The translations under genes were made by a program, and so were the position numbers. The notes beneath the pieces are model-generated. The model saw only the letters and a list, made by a program, of their open reading frames with translations. It ran no database searches and had not been told where the DNA came from. From the NCBI GenBank assembly GCA_965205865.1, contig CBDBHR010000028.1, positions 32,001 to 96,000 on the forward strand: a stretch of 64,000 nt of DNA, written 5' to 3'. Positions 11,367-20,876 of the stretch are shown piece by piece. This DNA comes from a bacterium (GTDB lineage Bacteria; SAR324; NAC60-12). The first letter of the stretch is position 1; every line of letters begins with the position of its first letter.

Positions 11367-11481
11367 TGTCATTCCTGCGAAAGCAGGAATCCGGAGGTAT
11401 GCAGCCAGACTGAAATCCGGATCCCCGCTCCCCGCTTTCGCGGGGACAAGTTTCACGGGGACAAGTTTCGCGAGGATGACA
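11367..11481. repeat. TGTC-tagged REP-like palindrome (family A)
   Basis: TGTCATTCCTGCGAAAGCAGGAATCC ... GGAT..CGC..TTTCGCGAGGATGACA. Confidence 0.7.
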
Positions 11482-11675
11482 TATACGCTAGGATACTCAT
11501 ATTATTGAAGATTTATCTCGAACTCAGGTTAAACTACAGACTTGAACATGCTGGTCAACCGGACGCGGACTCGCAAACGTCGAGTCTGGAGTTCCGCACA
11601 AAATGCGGGACCACCCACGCCACCACCGTCGAGATGCGGCTTGTGATAGCGCCATGAAATAATTCCGGGCATCGA

Positions 11676-12146
11676 TCATGCGGAAGGAATCTTTTTGAGG
11701 AGGTTGACCATTTCAATGGCGCTGAGCGTCGCCTCTGCGCCTTTATTGCCCGATTTGGACCCGGCGCGTTCGATCGCCTGTTCGGTGGAATCGGTGGTAA
11801 GAACGCCAAATGCGATGGGAAGTTGGTTCTGTAAGGCCAGGGAGGCGATACCCCTTGCCGATTCGGAGCAAATATAGTCGAAATGAGGAGTGGCTCCGCG
11901 GATCACCGCCCCTAAACATACAATCGCGTCGTACTGCTTTGCGCGGGCCAGTTTCTGGGCAGCCAATGGAATTTCAAAGGCGCCCGGCACCCTGACCACG
12001 GTAATATGCGCCTCATCGCCCCCATGGCGGTAAAAACAATCCAATGCGCCTCGCAGTAGGTTTTCGGTTATCACTCCGTTGAAACGGGAAACCACGAAGG
12101 CCAACTTCAAATCGTTGGCCATCAATGCGCCATCAATGCTTTTCAT
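11676..12146 (-). CDS. ribH: 6,7-dimethyl-8-ribityllumazine synthase
   Basis: [38 protein letters not shown]. Confidence 0.97.
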   Translation of the reverse strand: MKSIDGALMANDLKLAFVVSRFNGVITENLLRGALDCFYRHGGDEAHITVVRVPGAFEIPLAAQKLARAKQYDAIVCLGAVIRGATPHFDYICSESARGIASLALQNQLPIAFGVLTTDSTEQAIERAGSKSGNKGAEATLSAIEMVNLLKKIPSA

Positions 12147-12220
12147 TTAAATTTCTCCCGGAAAAATACGGATCTTTCACCAGTGCGCAGATCGACCGCT
12201 GAATACGGAATGGAGAATTA

Positions 12221-12565
12221 TCAGAAATTTACGCTTTCCCGTTTCTCTGAAAGACAGATCGAACAGGCGCAGATGGCTCTTAAAAACTTAAACGAGTACA
12301 ACCCTGTATTGTGCCCGTCACTCCAATTGATTCGTAAGGCATAATTGCCAATGTACTCGGATTGGCGGATACGAATGTCGGAGGGAATCTCCGTCGTCTT
12401 CAATGTCTTTTCTCCAGTCATTTCATCAATGCAGCTGGCACAGGGGCACCTGTCACGCAGCATGAAAAAGGGATAACGACTTTCGTGCCCATCTTTCCAA
12501 AGTATATATAAGTCGTCGCGCGCCAGAATGGTTTCCGGCTTTCGACGCTTCAAAGGGTTCGACAT
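12221..12565 (-). CDS. DUF971/GBBH-like N-terminal domain protein
   Basis: W.DGHES.Y...LR..CPCA.C, GNYAL.I.WSDGH.TG.Y. Confidence 0.85.
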   Translation of the reverse strand: MSNPLKRRKPETILARDDLYILWKDGHESRYPFFMLRDRCPCASCIDEMTGEKTLKTTEIPSDIRIRQSEYIGNYALRINWSDGHNTGLYSFKFLRAICACSICLSEKRESVNF

Positions 12566-12824
12566 TTTTTCTGAAAGACAAAGCTGAGTTCGTTTTGCTG
12601 AAAACCAGGCTGAATTCTCTCACAAAACAACACTCCTGAAAAGACAAAACTGTCTGTGGATTTGATTGCAACGTGAGATGTCCCTCTTTTACTCACTTCA
12701 ACAAAGTCGCTTCTTGCTCGCGCGGGAATTTTGACAAACCCGGTCTTGCAAGGTATAGCATGTTTTCGAGAAGGAGAGGAAAAACTCCAAACCGGCACCC
12801 GGCAGAAGATTCGACGCTCAAACG

Positions 12825-13445
12825 ATGGCAGTAATGACTCCCAAGGACCTATTGTGTCAGCGCTGGAGAAAATCCCGCATCATCACCAATGAAAGGGTCT
12901 TGTCCGCTTTCATGCGAGTGGCGCGCGAAAAATTCGTTCACGCGAATTCTGTCGATATGGCCTATCTGGACCATCCGCTTCCCATTGGTTATGACCAGAC
13001 GATTTCACAGCCCATGACCGTCCTTGTCATGATTCAACTGCTGGAAGTTGAAAAAAATCACAAAGTTTTGGAAATTGGCGCGGGAAGCGGATACAATGCG
13101 GCCATCCTTTCCATACTGGGTCAATATGTCCATAGCTTGGAAATGATTCCCGAGTTGGTGGCCTTTGCCAGACAGAATATCGACCGCAGCGCCATTACAA
13201 ACGTCGAGGTCCTGCAACGTGATGGCAAACAGGGATACCCCTCTGCTGCTCCTTTTGACCGTATCATCGTGACGGCAGCCGCTTCCGGAGTACCTGAAAA
13301 ATTGCTGGAACAATTGGCGGACGATGGCATTTTGGTCATTCCAGTGGGCAATCCTTATGGATGCGAAATGCTCAAAATCCACAAGCAGGGTCCGGATTTC
13401 AAAACCAGTAAACACGGATTGTTTTCTTTTGTTCCTTTAGTTTGA
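12825..13445 (+). CDS. pcm: Protein-L-isoaspartate O-methyltransferase
   Basis: QTISQP, VLEIGAGSGYNAA, APFDRIIVTAA, FVPL. Confidence 0.95.
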   Translation: MAVMTPKDLLCQRWRKSRIITNERVLSAFMRVAREKFVHANSVDMAYLDHPLPIGYDQTISQPMTVLVMIQLLEVEKNHKVLEIGAGSGYNAAILSILGQYVHSLEMIPELVAFARQNIDRSAITNVEVLQRDGKQGYPSAAPFDRIIVTAAASGVPEKLLEQLADDGILVIPVGNPYGCEMLKIHKQGPDFKTSKHGLFSFVPLV

Positions 13446-13478
13446 ATCACTATATATTTATCATTCTTTCGATTTTTA

Positions 13479-14405
13479 ATGATGAAAGGCGTCATACTGG
13501 CCGCAGGATATGCGACTCGTTTTTTACCGGCCTCCAAAACCATCCCCAAGGAAATGTTTCCATTGGTGGACACTCCGGTGATTGATTTCATCGTACGGGA
13601 AATGGTCACGTCCGGCATTCAGGATATTTTGCTGGTTTCCTCTCGACGGAAAAAAGCCCTGGAGGACTATTTTGACCGCGAAGTCGAATTGGCAACCAGT
13701 TTTTCCCAATCGAATGAATTGAAAAAACTGGAGCGAATTCAACCAATCGCCGTCAATCTCTTCACCATGCGTCAACAATACATGATGGGAACCGGAAACG
13801 CGCTCATGCTGGTAGAGCCTTTTGTGGCAAAAGAACCCTTTGTGGTGGCTTACCCGGACGACGTCATTTTTGATACCCCTCCTCTTTCCAGGCAACTGAT
13901 CGATGCGTACCACCAGACCGGAGATACGATTTTAGCGGTGCAAGAAGTTGCCGGACAAGATGTATCCCGTTACGGCGTGATTGATCCGCAGGGAGACGGC
14001 CCTTTGCTCAAAGTGCGTCGGATGGTGGAAAAACCCGCTCCGGGAACCGAACCCAGCCGCTTTGTTTCTTATGGACGGTACCTGTACACTCCCGAAATCT
14101 TCGAAATTCTGCGGGAAACCGCGCGCAGCCATACCCAGCAAGGAGAGTTCACCCAAACCGAAGCCCTCAATGAACTGGCCAGAAGAGGGCGCGTGTCCGC
14201 GGTTCACTTTCAGGGAGAGCGTTTCGACGTGGGGGAGCCGCTGGGATATGCGCAAACTTCGATCAAACTGGCTTTACGCCGCCAGGAGTATCGCCAACCA
14301 TTGTTGGAATTTCTGCGGAAAGTACTCGAGGAAGAGGAAACGCGCCGGCAAAATGGCGAATCCACCTCGCAACCGGCATCCCCAAAGGCAACTCATGGGA
14401 AGTAG
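13479..14405 (+). CDS. galU: UTP-glucose-1-phosphate uridylyltransferase
   Basis: ILAAGYATRFLPASKTIPKEMFP, VEKP. Confidence 0.9.
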   Translation: MMKGVILAAGYATRFLPASKTIPKEMFPLVDTPVIDFIVREMVTSGIQDILLVSSRRKKALEDYFDREVELATSFSQSNELKKLERIQPIAVNLFTMRQQYMMGTGNALMLVEPFVAKEPFVVAYPDDVIFDTPPLSRQLIDAYHQTGDTILAVQEVAGQDVSRYGVIDPQGDGPLLKVRRMVEKPAPGTEPSRFVSYGRYLYTPEIFEILRETARSHTQQGEFTQTEALNELARRGRVSAVHFQGERFDVGEPLGYAQTSIKLALRRQEYRQPLLEFLRKVLEEEETRRQNGESTSQPASPKATHGK

Positions 14406-15393
14406 AACGGATGTGGCACACACGGTATTGACATTCCAGTACATGCGGATCAATCAGCAACCCGAAACCTTACTCGGGTTTCTGCTACGAAAGTTTCGCT
14501 ATCACGACCGTGAGGAATGGCTTGATCACATTCAGGCGGGAAGGTTGTTGGTCGACCGCAACATGGGAGATCCCGCACAGTTGCTGAAAAACGGCCAAAT
14601 CGTCCGCTACCTCCGTCCGGACTATCTGGAACCGGCAGTGGACCCATCGTTCGAGGTGATTTTTGAGGACGAATACCTGATTGCCGTCAACAAGTCGGGG
14701 AACCTGCCCACCGCTCCTTCGGGTAAGTACTTCAAAAACACGCTGGTTCATCTCCTTAAAATGTCGTCAGGCTGCCAGAATTTGTACACCCTGCACCGTC
14801 TCGACCGGGAAACCAGTGGGGTTATATTGTTTGCCCGTCAAAAAGAAATTGCGCAGCGCATGGCCGCTCTATTCCGTGAGCATCGAATAGAAAAAACCTA
14901 CACCGCCATCTTGAGCCGTCCTCTTCCTTCACCCGACGTTTTCGTTTCTGTGCCAATCGCGCCGGATCCAAACAGCATCGTTCGTATCAAACAAGGCGTC
15001 GTCCCTGAAGGCAAACTCAGTCAAACCCATTTCCGGGAATTGCAGTGGCCCTTTCGCCAGAACGCGGCAGATGCAAAAATCGGACAATACGCAAAAGTGG
15101 AAGCGGTCCCCTTGACCGGACGCACCCACCAAATTCGAACACACGCCGCTTATCTGGGATGCCCCATTGCCGGAGATAAACTGTATGGTTTGCAAAATGA
15201 CGGGTTCTTGCATTGGCTGCAGAAAGGCGAGGCCTACCTGCGCGAGCAGCGTTTTCCTCTCCATCGCCAGCTTTTACACGCTTGCCGACTGCGTTTCAGA
15301 CATCCGGTGACTGAAAAGGAAATGACCCTTGAAGCATCAGACCACTGCTTGATGGCGGATTATTTTTCCGGTTCTTCACTCTCCCCCGAGTAA
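14395..15393 (+). CDS. RluA/RluD-family pseudouridine synthase
   Basis: AVNKSG, HRLDRETSG, TGRTHQIR, GDKLYG; ATG at 14395 overlaps the galU end. Confidence 0.9.
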   Translation: MGSRTDVAHTVLTFQYMRINQQPETLLGFLLRKFRYHDREEWLDHIQAGRLLVDRNMGDPAQLLKNGQIVRYLRPDYLEPAVDPSFEVIFEDEYLIAVNKSGNLPTAPSGKYFKNTLVHLLKMSSGCQNLYTLHRLDRETSGVILFARQKEIAQRMAALFREHRIEKTYTAILSRPLPSPDVFVSVPIAPDPNSIVRIKQGVVPEGKLSQTHFRELQWPFRQNAADAKIGQYAKVEAVPLTGRTHQIRTHAAYLGCPIAGDKLYGLQNDGFLHWLQKGEAYLREQRFPLHRQLLHACRLRFRHPVTEKEMTLEASDHCLMADYFSGSSLSPE

Positions 15394-15398
15394 GCCTT

Positions 15399-17108
15399 AT
15401 GGGATCCTTTACCGAGAACGCCCGATATTGGGCCCGGTCCTCCGTTTTTGATCAAGCCACACGCCAGGAAGTGCGGAAGCTCTTGGAGCAACAAGATGTA
15501 AAAGAACTGGCAGACCGGTTTTCCAGCCCCCTCGAATTTGGAACTGCAGGAATGCGGGGCATTATGGCAGCCGGAGTGAACCGTATGAATCGTTATACGG
15601 TTCGTCAAGCCACGGAGGGATTGGCGCGCTACCTCGAAAAACACGCGGACGATGACCATGCCGGCGTAGTGATAGGCTACGACTCCCGCCACAATTCTCC
15701 GCAATTCGCGCAGGCTGCCAGTGAAGTCCTCGCCGCTCATGGTATCCCCGTTTTTTTGTTCCGGGAAATGGCGCCCACTCCCATGGTCTCCTTTGAAGTG
15801 CTCGAGCAGAAGGCCATGGCTGGCATCGTCATTACCGCCAGCCACAACCCTGCCGAGTACAATGGTTATAAAGTCTATTGGAAAAACGGTGGTCAGATCA
15901 TTGCTCCGCAAGATCAGGGTATCATCGCTGAAGTGCGACAAGTGACCGATATGGCATCGATTGCGCACATCCCTTTCGAAAACGCGCTCCGGGAGGGAAT
16001 CATTCAAAAACTCGCGGAAGATTCGGACGCCCGCTATCTGGCAGTCTTGGAAAAACAGGCGCTGGGAGACCCTGCGCAGAACAGACGATTGGCAGTGATC
16101 TACACCCCCTTGCATGGCACGGGCATACGCTGCGTTCCTCCTCTTTTGAGAAAACGGGGTTTCCGACAATTGAAACAAATCGAAGCGCAATGCGTACCTG
16201 ACAGCAATTTTTCCACGGTACGCTCCCCCAATCCCGAAGATGCCCGGGTTTTTGAAATGGCAAGGGCCGCCGCCGCACCCGAAGATGAACTGATCTTAAC
16301 CAACGACCCCGATGCGGACCGGCTTGGAGTGATGCTCCGTCACAATACCGAATGGCGCCACTTGAATGGCAATCAAACAGGGGCTCTCTTGCTGGACTAT
16401 TGGCTGTCACGACTGCAAGCATTGAAAAAACTGCCTGAAGATGGCGTCTTTATGCTGAGCAACGTCTCCTCGCCCTTGGGAACAAAAATCGCCGGCTTTC
16501 ATGGCCTCAGGGTTATCGAAACCCTGACTGGATTCAAATGGATGCGCGCCGAAGCGACGAAGATTGAAGAAGAAGGCAGAGGCACTTTTGTTTTTGCCAT
16601 GGAAGAAAGTCTGGGTTTCCTGGCAGGGAATCATACCGGAGACAAAGACGGCGTGTGGGCGGCCCTGGCATTTGCGGAAATGACCGCCTCCTTGAAAGCC
16701 CGGGGACTGACTCCGCTGGATCGCTTGCGGCAGTTGCACCAGCAATTCGGATTCCATCTGGATGATTTGGAAAATCGTACTTTGCCCGGCATTGACGGTC
16801 GACGGCGGATAGAAGCGATCATGCAGGGTTTTCGCCATCATCCGCCGGCCACGATTGGCGGAAGCCGCTTGCTGCGAATCACGGACCTTCTGGAAAAGCT
16901 GGTGACCACGCCGGGATCCGGCGAAACACTCCCGGGTCCGGATTTGCCCGTTTCCGACGTGCTTATTTTTCAGTTGGAAGACGACGCCCGCGTTATCGTG
17001 CGCCCTTCCGGCACGGAACCTAAAATCAAATACTATTTCAACCTTTGCGGCACCAATGAGGCGTTGTTGCAAGAACGTCTGGATCGTCTCAAAAAAGATA
17101 TGCTATGA
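15399..17108 (+). CDS. pgm: Phosphoglucomutase/phosphomannomutase
   Basis: FGTAGMRG, TASHNP, DPDADR, RPSGTEPKIK. Confidence 0.93.
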   Translation: MGSFTENARYWARSSVFDQATRQEVRKLLEQQDVKELADRFSSPLEFGTAGMRGIMAAGVNRMNRYTVRQATEGLARYLEKHADDDHAGVVIGYDSRHNSPQFAQAASEVLAAHGIPVFLFREMAPTPMVSFEVLEQKAMAGIVITASHNPAEYNGYKVYWKNGGQIIAPQDQGIIAEVRQVTDMASIAHIPFENALREGIIQKLAEDSDARYLAVLEKQALGDPAQNRRLAVIYTPLHGTGIRCVPPLLRKRGFRQLKQIEAQCVPDSNFSTVRSPNPEDARVFEMARAAAAPEDELILTNDPDADRLGVMLRHNTEWRHLNGNQTGALLLDYWLSRLQALKKLPEDGVFMLSNVSSPLGTKIAGFHGLRVIETLTGFKWMRAEATKIEEEGRGTFVFAMEESLGFLAGNHTGDKDGVWAALAFAEMTASLKARGLTPLDRLRQLHQQFGFHLDDLENRTLPGIDGRRRIEAIMQGFRHHPPATIGGSRLLRITDLLEKLVTTPGSGETLPGPDLPVSDVLIFQLEDDARVIVRPSGTEPKIKYYFNLCGTNEALLQERLDRLKKDML

Positions 17109-17189
17109 AGATCCGGAATAGCCCATCCAGGCAACTCGGACCGCCTCGAGATTGAATCGTTTTGGCAAGAATGATAGTTTCTCAGTCAT

Positions 17190-17283
17190 GTTACCGTGAA
17201 GAAAACTATCTAACCTACTGAAACTATATGGTTTGTTATTTTTATTCATCCTCCGGGGTGAAAATAATTTACATGAAGGTTAC
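17190..17283 (-). mobile_element. 84-bp non-autonomous MITE with the same ends as the adjacent IS110, flanked by duplicated GTTAC core
   Basis: Reverse complement reads GTAAC-CTTCATG...TTTCACCCCGGAGGATGAA...TTCACG-GTAAC; empty site at 26339-26365. Confidence 0.8.
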
Positions 17284-17335
17284 GCGTATATTTTTTGCAT
17301 TCTGCGGTTTCCATGAATACGCTTCACCACAAGTG

Positions 17336-17419
17336 TGTCATTCCTGGCGAAGACCAGGAATCCAGGAATCACCCTGGAACGCTAGCAAAGTGGATTCCTG
17401 GTCTTCGCCAGGAATGACA
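17336..17419. repeat. REP doublet (family A), perfect 29-bp inverted repeat
   Basis: TGTCATTCCTGGCGAAGACCAGGAATCCA / TGGATTCCTGGTCTTCGCCAGGAATGACA. Confidence 0.9.
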
Positions 17420-17513
17420 ACTCGATGAGACGCATAACTGCAAAAATCGTTCACGTAACCTTCATGAAAACTTATGCTTTCACCCCGGAGGATGAAAATG
17501 TTATATACCAATA

Positions 17514-17701
17514 GAGGCTGAAGCGCTCGTTTCTCATGTTAGCGACTTGATCCTGTCACGTAACCTGAGCGTAGCTTTCATTGGTTCGCACCCCGGAGTG
17601 TTTCGTAGTATTTCTACAGAAGGTACGGTAAGAAGACCGACTTCAGGATTCAATTTTGATTCATGGAGCCAGGTAACCCAAGAAAGTGATTTTTCAGCCT
17701 C
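17514..17701 (+). ncRNA. Candidate bridge/seek RNA of the IS110
   Basis: Closing stem GAGGCTGAA/TTCAGCCTC; internal segments match target and donor junctions. Confidence 0.7.
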
Positions 17702-17746
17702 CTTTACGAGTGAAGCCAACTACTACATTCAGGAAAGGAGGAGAAG

Positions 17747-18973
17747 ATGATTCAACCCTTAGCTCAAAGTAGTGCTGGTCTAGATATTCATCGCGCTGTG
17801 ATTGTGGCCACAGTGCTTCATGAGAATCGCGATGGACAAATAAGCAAAAAGGTCAAAGAATTCGAGACCTTTTCACAAGATTTGGAAGAACTCGCTCAGT
17901 GGTTAAAGCAGTTAAACCCAGAGTTAGTGGTCATGGAATCCACAGGCATTTACTGGAAACAAGTTTATGAGTCTCTCGAAAATGTGGGAATTATTCCTTG
18001 GGTGGTCAATGCCTACCATATCAAAAAAGTTCCTGGTCGAAAGAGCGACGTCCAGGATTCAGAATGGTTAGCAGAACTTGCCTGTTGTGGATTACTCAAA
18101 GCCAGTTTTGTTCCTCCAAAAGATTTTCGTCAACTTCGTTTGTTGACACGTTACCGTAAAAAACTTTCAGGCGTTTTGAGTAGCGAAAAAAATCGCTTGC
18201 ACAAAATCCTTGAAAGTTGTGGTATCAAATTAGGGCTCGTGCTCAGTGACATCGATGGCGTTTCGGCACGAAGAATGATCGCTACTCTCATCGAGAGTGG
18301 CGGGATTCAGCCGGATAAACTTGCCTCCCTTTTAGATGGTAGGTTGCTTCCGAAGTTGGCTCTGATTGAAAAATCATTGTCCACTTCTTTGAGTGAGCGC
18401 CAACGTTTTTTGCTCAAACAGATTCAGGCCCATATGGTATGGCTCGAATCCAGGATAGAGCAAATCGATGAGCAGCTCGTTGCGGCGATGGTCCCGTATC
18501 AGGAGCAATATCACTTATTGCAAACCATTCCTGGAATTGACCACATCTCTGCCACGATGTTACTGGCCGAGCTTAGCACCGATATGGGTGCTTTTCCCAA
18601 TAAACACCATCTTTGTTCATGGGTGGCACTCTCGCCTGGAAACAATGAAAGTGCAGGAAAACGCAAAACCGGTAAAACTCGTAAAGGCAATGCATATGTT
18701 CGTTCATTATTATGTGAATGTGCTAATGCTGCCATCAAAACCAAATCGCAATTTAAAGGACGATATCAAGGCCTTGTGATTCGCCGGGGACACAAGCGTA
18801 GTATCGTTGCCATTGCTCATAAAATGCTTCAAATAATTTACATTGTTCTCAAGAAGCAAGAACCTTATCGAGATCCTCAAATTGATTATGAGGCACTCGT
18901 TGTCAAAAAAAATGCTCCCAGATGGTTGAAGGCGCTTAGTAAATATGGGTATTTGCCAAAAAACTCAAACTGA
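17747..18973 (+). CDS. IS110-family DEDD recombinase/transposase
   Basis: AGLDIH, VMESTG, KSDVQDS, ESAGK conserved Ser, AIAHK; RBS AGGAGG. Confidence 0.95.
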   Translation: MIQPLAQSSAGLDIHRAVIVATVLHENRDGQISKKVKEFETFSQDLEELAQWLKQLNPELVVMESTGIYWKQVYESLENVGIIPWVVNAYHIKKVPGRKSDVQDSEWLAELACCGLLKASFVPPKDFRQLRLLTRYRKKLSGVLSSEKNRLHKILESCGIKLGLVLSDIDGVSARRMIATLIESGGIQPDKLASLLDGRLLPKLALIEKSLSTSLSERQRFLLKQIQAHMVWLESRIEQIDEQLVAAMVPYQEQYHLLQTIPGIDHISATMLLAELSTDMGAFPNKHHLCSWVALSPGNNESAGKRKTGKTRKGNAYVRSLLCECANAAIKTKSQFKGRYQGLVIRRGHKRSIVAIAHKMLQIIYIVLKKQEPYRDPQIDYEALVVKKNAPRWLKALSKYGYLPKNSN

Positions 18974-19130
18974 GAAGCGCATCACCTAGAAAATCCATCT
19001 GATTGTGGCTAAAACGTGAACTTCAGGCCCACTCACTCTATGTGCGCCCTCAGCCACCAGATATTTTCACGGTAACATCAGTTTCTAATTGCAAATCATT
19101 GCGCACATTTACTTTTGATCAGGGAAATCC

Positions 19131-19709
19131 ATGAGCGACGAAAAACACGAAGACAGTTTGGAAATGATGAGCTTGACGGCCAAAGTTCTCAAATCCCGCA
19201 CGATTATCATTTCAGATCAAGTCAACAACGAATTGGCGAAAAAAGTACTCAATCAACTGCTGTTGCTGGAGCAGGAAGATCCGCAGAAAGAGATCACCGT
19301 CTTCATCAATTGCCCCGGTGGCGAGGTTTTTTCAGGTTTTGCTATTTATGACGCCTTGCAATTCATCCAATGCGAGGTCACGACGATTGTTGCCGGATTT
19401 GCCGCCAGCATGGGCTCGATTCTCAGTCTGGCTGCCACCAAAAGCCGTCGTTTCGCCTTTCCCCGTTCCAAAATCATGATCCACCAACCGCTTTTAACCG
19501 GCTATCAAGGGCGGGCCACGGATCTTGAAATCCAGGCCAATGAAATCCTCAAAACCCGGGATTTCATCATCGATATCTACTGCCAGGCCACCGGCAAAAC
19601 CTATCAAGAAATCAAGATGGCTATCGACCGCGACAATTGGTTCACTGCAGAAGAAGCCTTGGCGTTCGGTCTGATCGACCGCGTGATTTCCTCCCGCAAC
19701 GAGATGTGA
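19131..19709 (+). CDS. clpP: ATP-dependent Clp protease proteolytic subunit
   Basis: INCPGG, AASMGS, IMIHQP, DRDNW. Confidence 0.93.
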   Translation: MSDEKHEDSLEMMSLTAKVLKSRTIIISDQVNNELAKKVLNQLLLLEQEDPQKEITVFINCPGGEVFSGFAIYDALQFIQCEVTTIVAGFAASMGSILSLAATKSRRFAFPRSKIMIHQPLLTGYQGRATDLEIQANEILKTRDFIIDIYCQATGKTYQEIKMAIDRDNWFTAEEALAFGLIDRVISSRNEM

Positions 19710-20171
19710 GCCGCCACCTGTTGCGCGATCTTCTCCGGAATCGGAGGAGTTGGAGCGAGCCGCTCTTAAGTTCGTCGGTGCTGCCGGCGAGACGAGGCGG
19801 ATCTCGAGCAGAACGCGCTTGTCGATGCGTCCGCTGAGACGTGACACCAGATTAATGAGGCGCATCTGCCAACCGTACTTCTCACGCAGGACTGCGTAGG
19901 CGCGTTTTTCGACGTCGCCGTCCTCAACGATGAATGCCTCCGCGTCAAGCCAAGCGCCGCGCAGGTCTCCGCGACTGCCACAAGCCGCGACGCGGGCGCG
20001 CGGCGAGTTGCGAAGACGCTTGACCTTTCCCGCCCCGGCCTCGGAAAATACGTAGTATCGACCGTCCAACGCCGCGAACCAGACCGCCGTTTCGATCGCC
20101 CTCCCGCTCTTTCGGAAGGTCGCCAGATTGACGTATTTCTCGCCTGTGAGTGGATCCATGGGCGTGGGCAT
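19494..20171 (-). CDS. PPOX-class F420-dependent-like oxidoreductase (domain about 19790-20171) with read-through tail
   Basis: KYVNLATFRKSG...VWFA...GKVKRLRNSPR.RVAAC..RG; no stop until 19494. Confidence 0.75.
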   Translation of the reverse strand: MPTPMDPLTGEKYVNLATFRKSGRAIETAVWFAALDGRYYVFSEAGAGKVKRLRNSPRARVAACGSRGDLRGAWLDAEAFIVEDGDVEKRAYAVLREKYGWQMRLINLVSRLSGRIDKRVLLEIRLVSPAAPTNLRAARSNSSDSGEDRATGGGSHLVAGGNHAVDQTERQGFFCSEPIVAVDSHLDFLIGFAGGLAVDIDDEIPGFEDFIGLDFKIRGPPLIAG

Positions 20172-20464
20172 TCTAATCCCTCGGAGCGCGTTGTAGCAGG
20201 AAAAAATGATTGCGAATCGGGACCAAATTAATCTCCCCATAAGGGACAATCAAAAATTTACTGAGGACGGTAACATCTGAAAATAGAGGTGTAAAGACAA
20301 AGTTACGGGGAATATTTCTATTTTTTGGCAGGTTTCTCGAAGGGATAAACGGCCTATTCAATTTTTCGCAGTTTTTCTTCCATCCTGCTTTAAAAAACTT
20401 GACTTCGAGTGAGGGGCAGGCGTGGAAATTTGGAATTTTAAACAAAAATTCGGACCTGAAGGGA

Positions 20465-20765
20465 TTCGAGAAAATCTTGGAGGTTCCGGGATTGCTTGTT
20501 CTGAAAGGGGGTCAAGTCTTTCTTTGCTTCGCTTTCCGAGGCATCTTGGCAAATTGAAAAAGATTAAAATTTACATTTTTGCAAACTTGCAAGCCTGACC
20601 CCATTTCGAGAAAATCTTGGAGGTTCCGGGATTGCTTGTTCTGAAAGGGGGTCAAGTCTTTCTTTGCTTCGCTTTCCGAGACATCTTGGCAAATTGAAAA
20701 AGATTAAAATTTACATTTTTGCAAACTTGCAAGCCTGACCCCATTTTTTGCAAGCCTGACCCCAT
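20465..20765. repeat. 140-bp tandem duplication containing GGGGTCA/TGACCCC REP-like motifs (family B)
   Basis: 20465-20604 is nearly identical to 20605-20744; an extra GCAAGCCTGACCCC follows. Confidence 0.9.
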
Positions 20766-20876
20766 TTTCGCGTTTATTATGATATCAATTATGAGCAAGG
20801 CAGGGTTGAAGTTCAGGCGATTGGCATCAAAATTCGAGATAAAATATCCATTGCCGGAGAAGAGATCCCACTATGA
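20766..20876 (+). pseudogene. RelE/ParE-family toxin C-terminal remnant
   Basis: FRVYYDINYEQGRVEVQAIGIKIRDKISIAGEEIPL*, ATGA overlap with the antitoxin. Confidence 0.7.

Larger units (their letters stand above)
17455..19076 (+). mobile_element. IS110-family insertion sequence, complete, with GTAAC core at both junctions
   Basis: GTAAC at 17455-17459 and 19072-19076; subterminal TGAAAA/TTTTCA; intact transposase. Confidence 0.8.

Noticed and set aside
13981-14394. N-terminal extension of the pseudouridine synthase
   Set aside because: It overlaps galU; the ATG at 14395 is the plausible start
17480-19077. IS110 boundaries at a CA core (CACCCCGGAG...GGTAACA)
   Set aside because: The empty site at 26339-26365 shows the insert extends to the duplicated GTAAC, so the wider boundary is preferred
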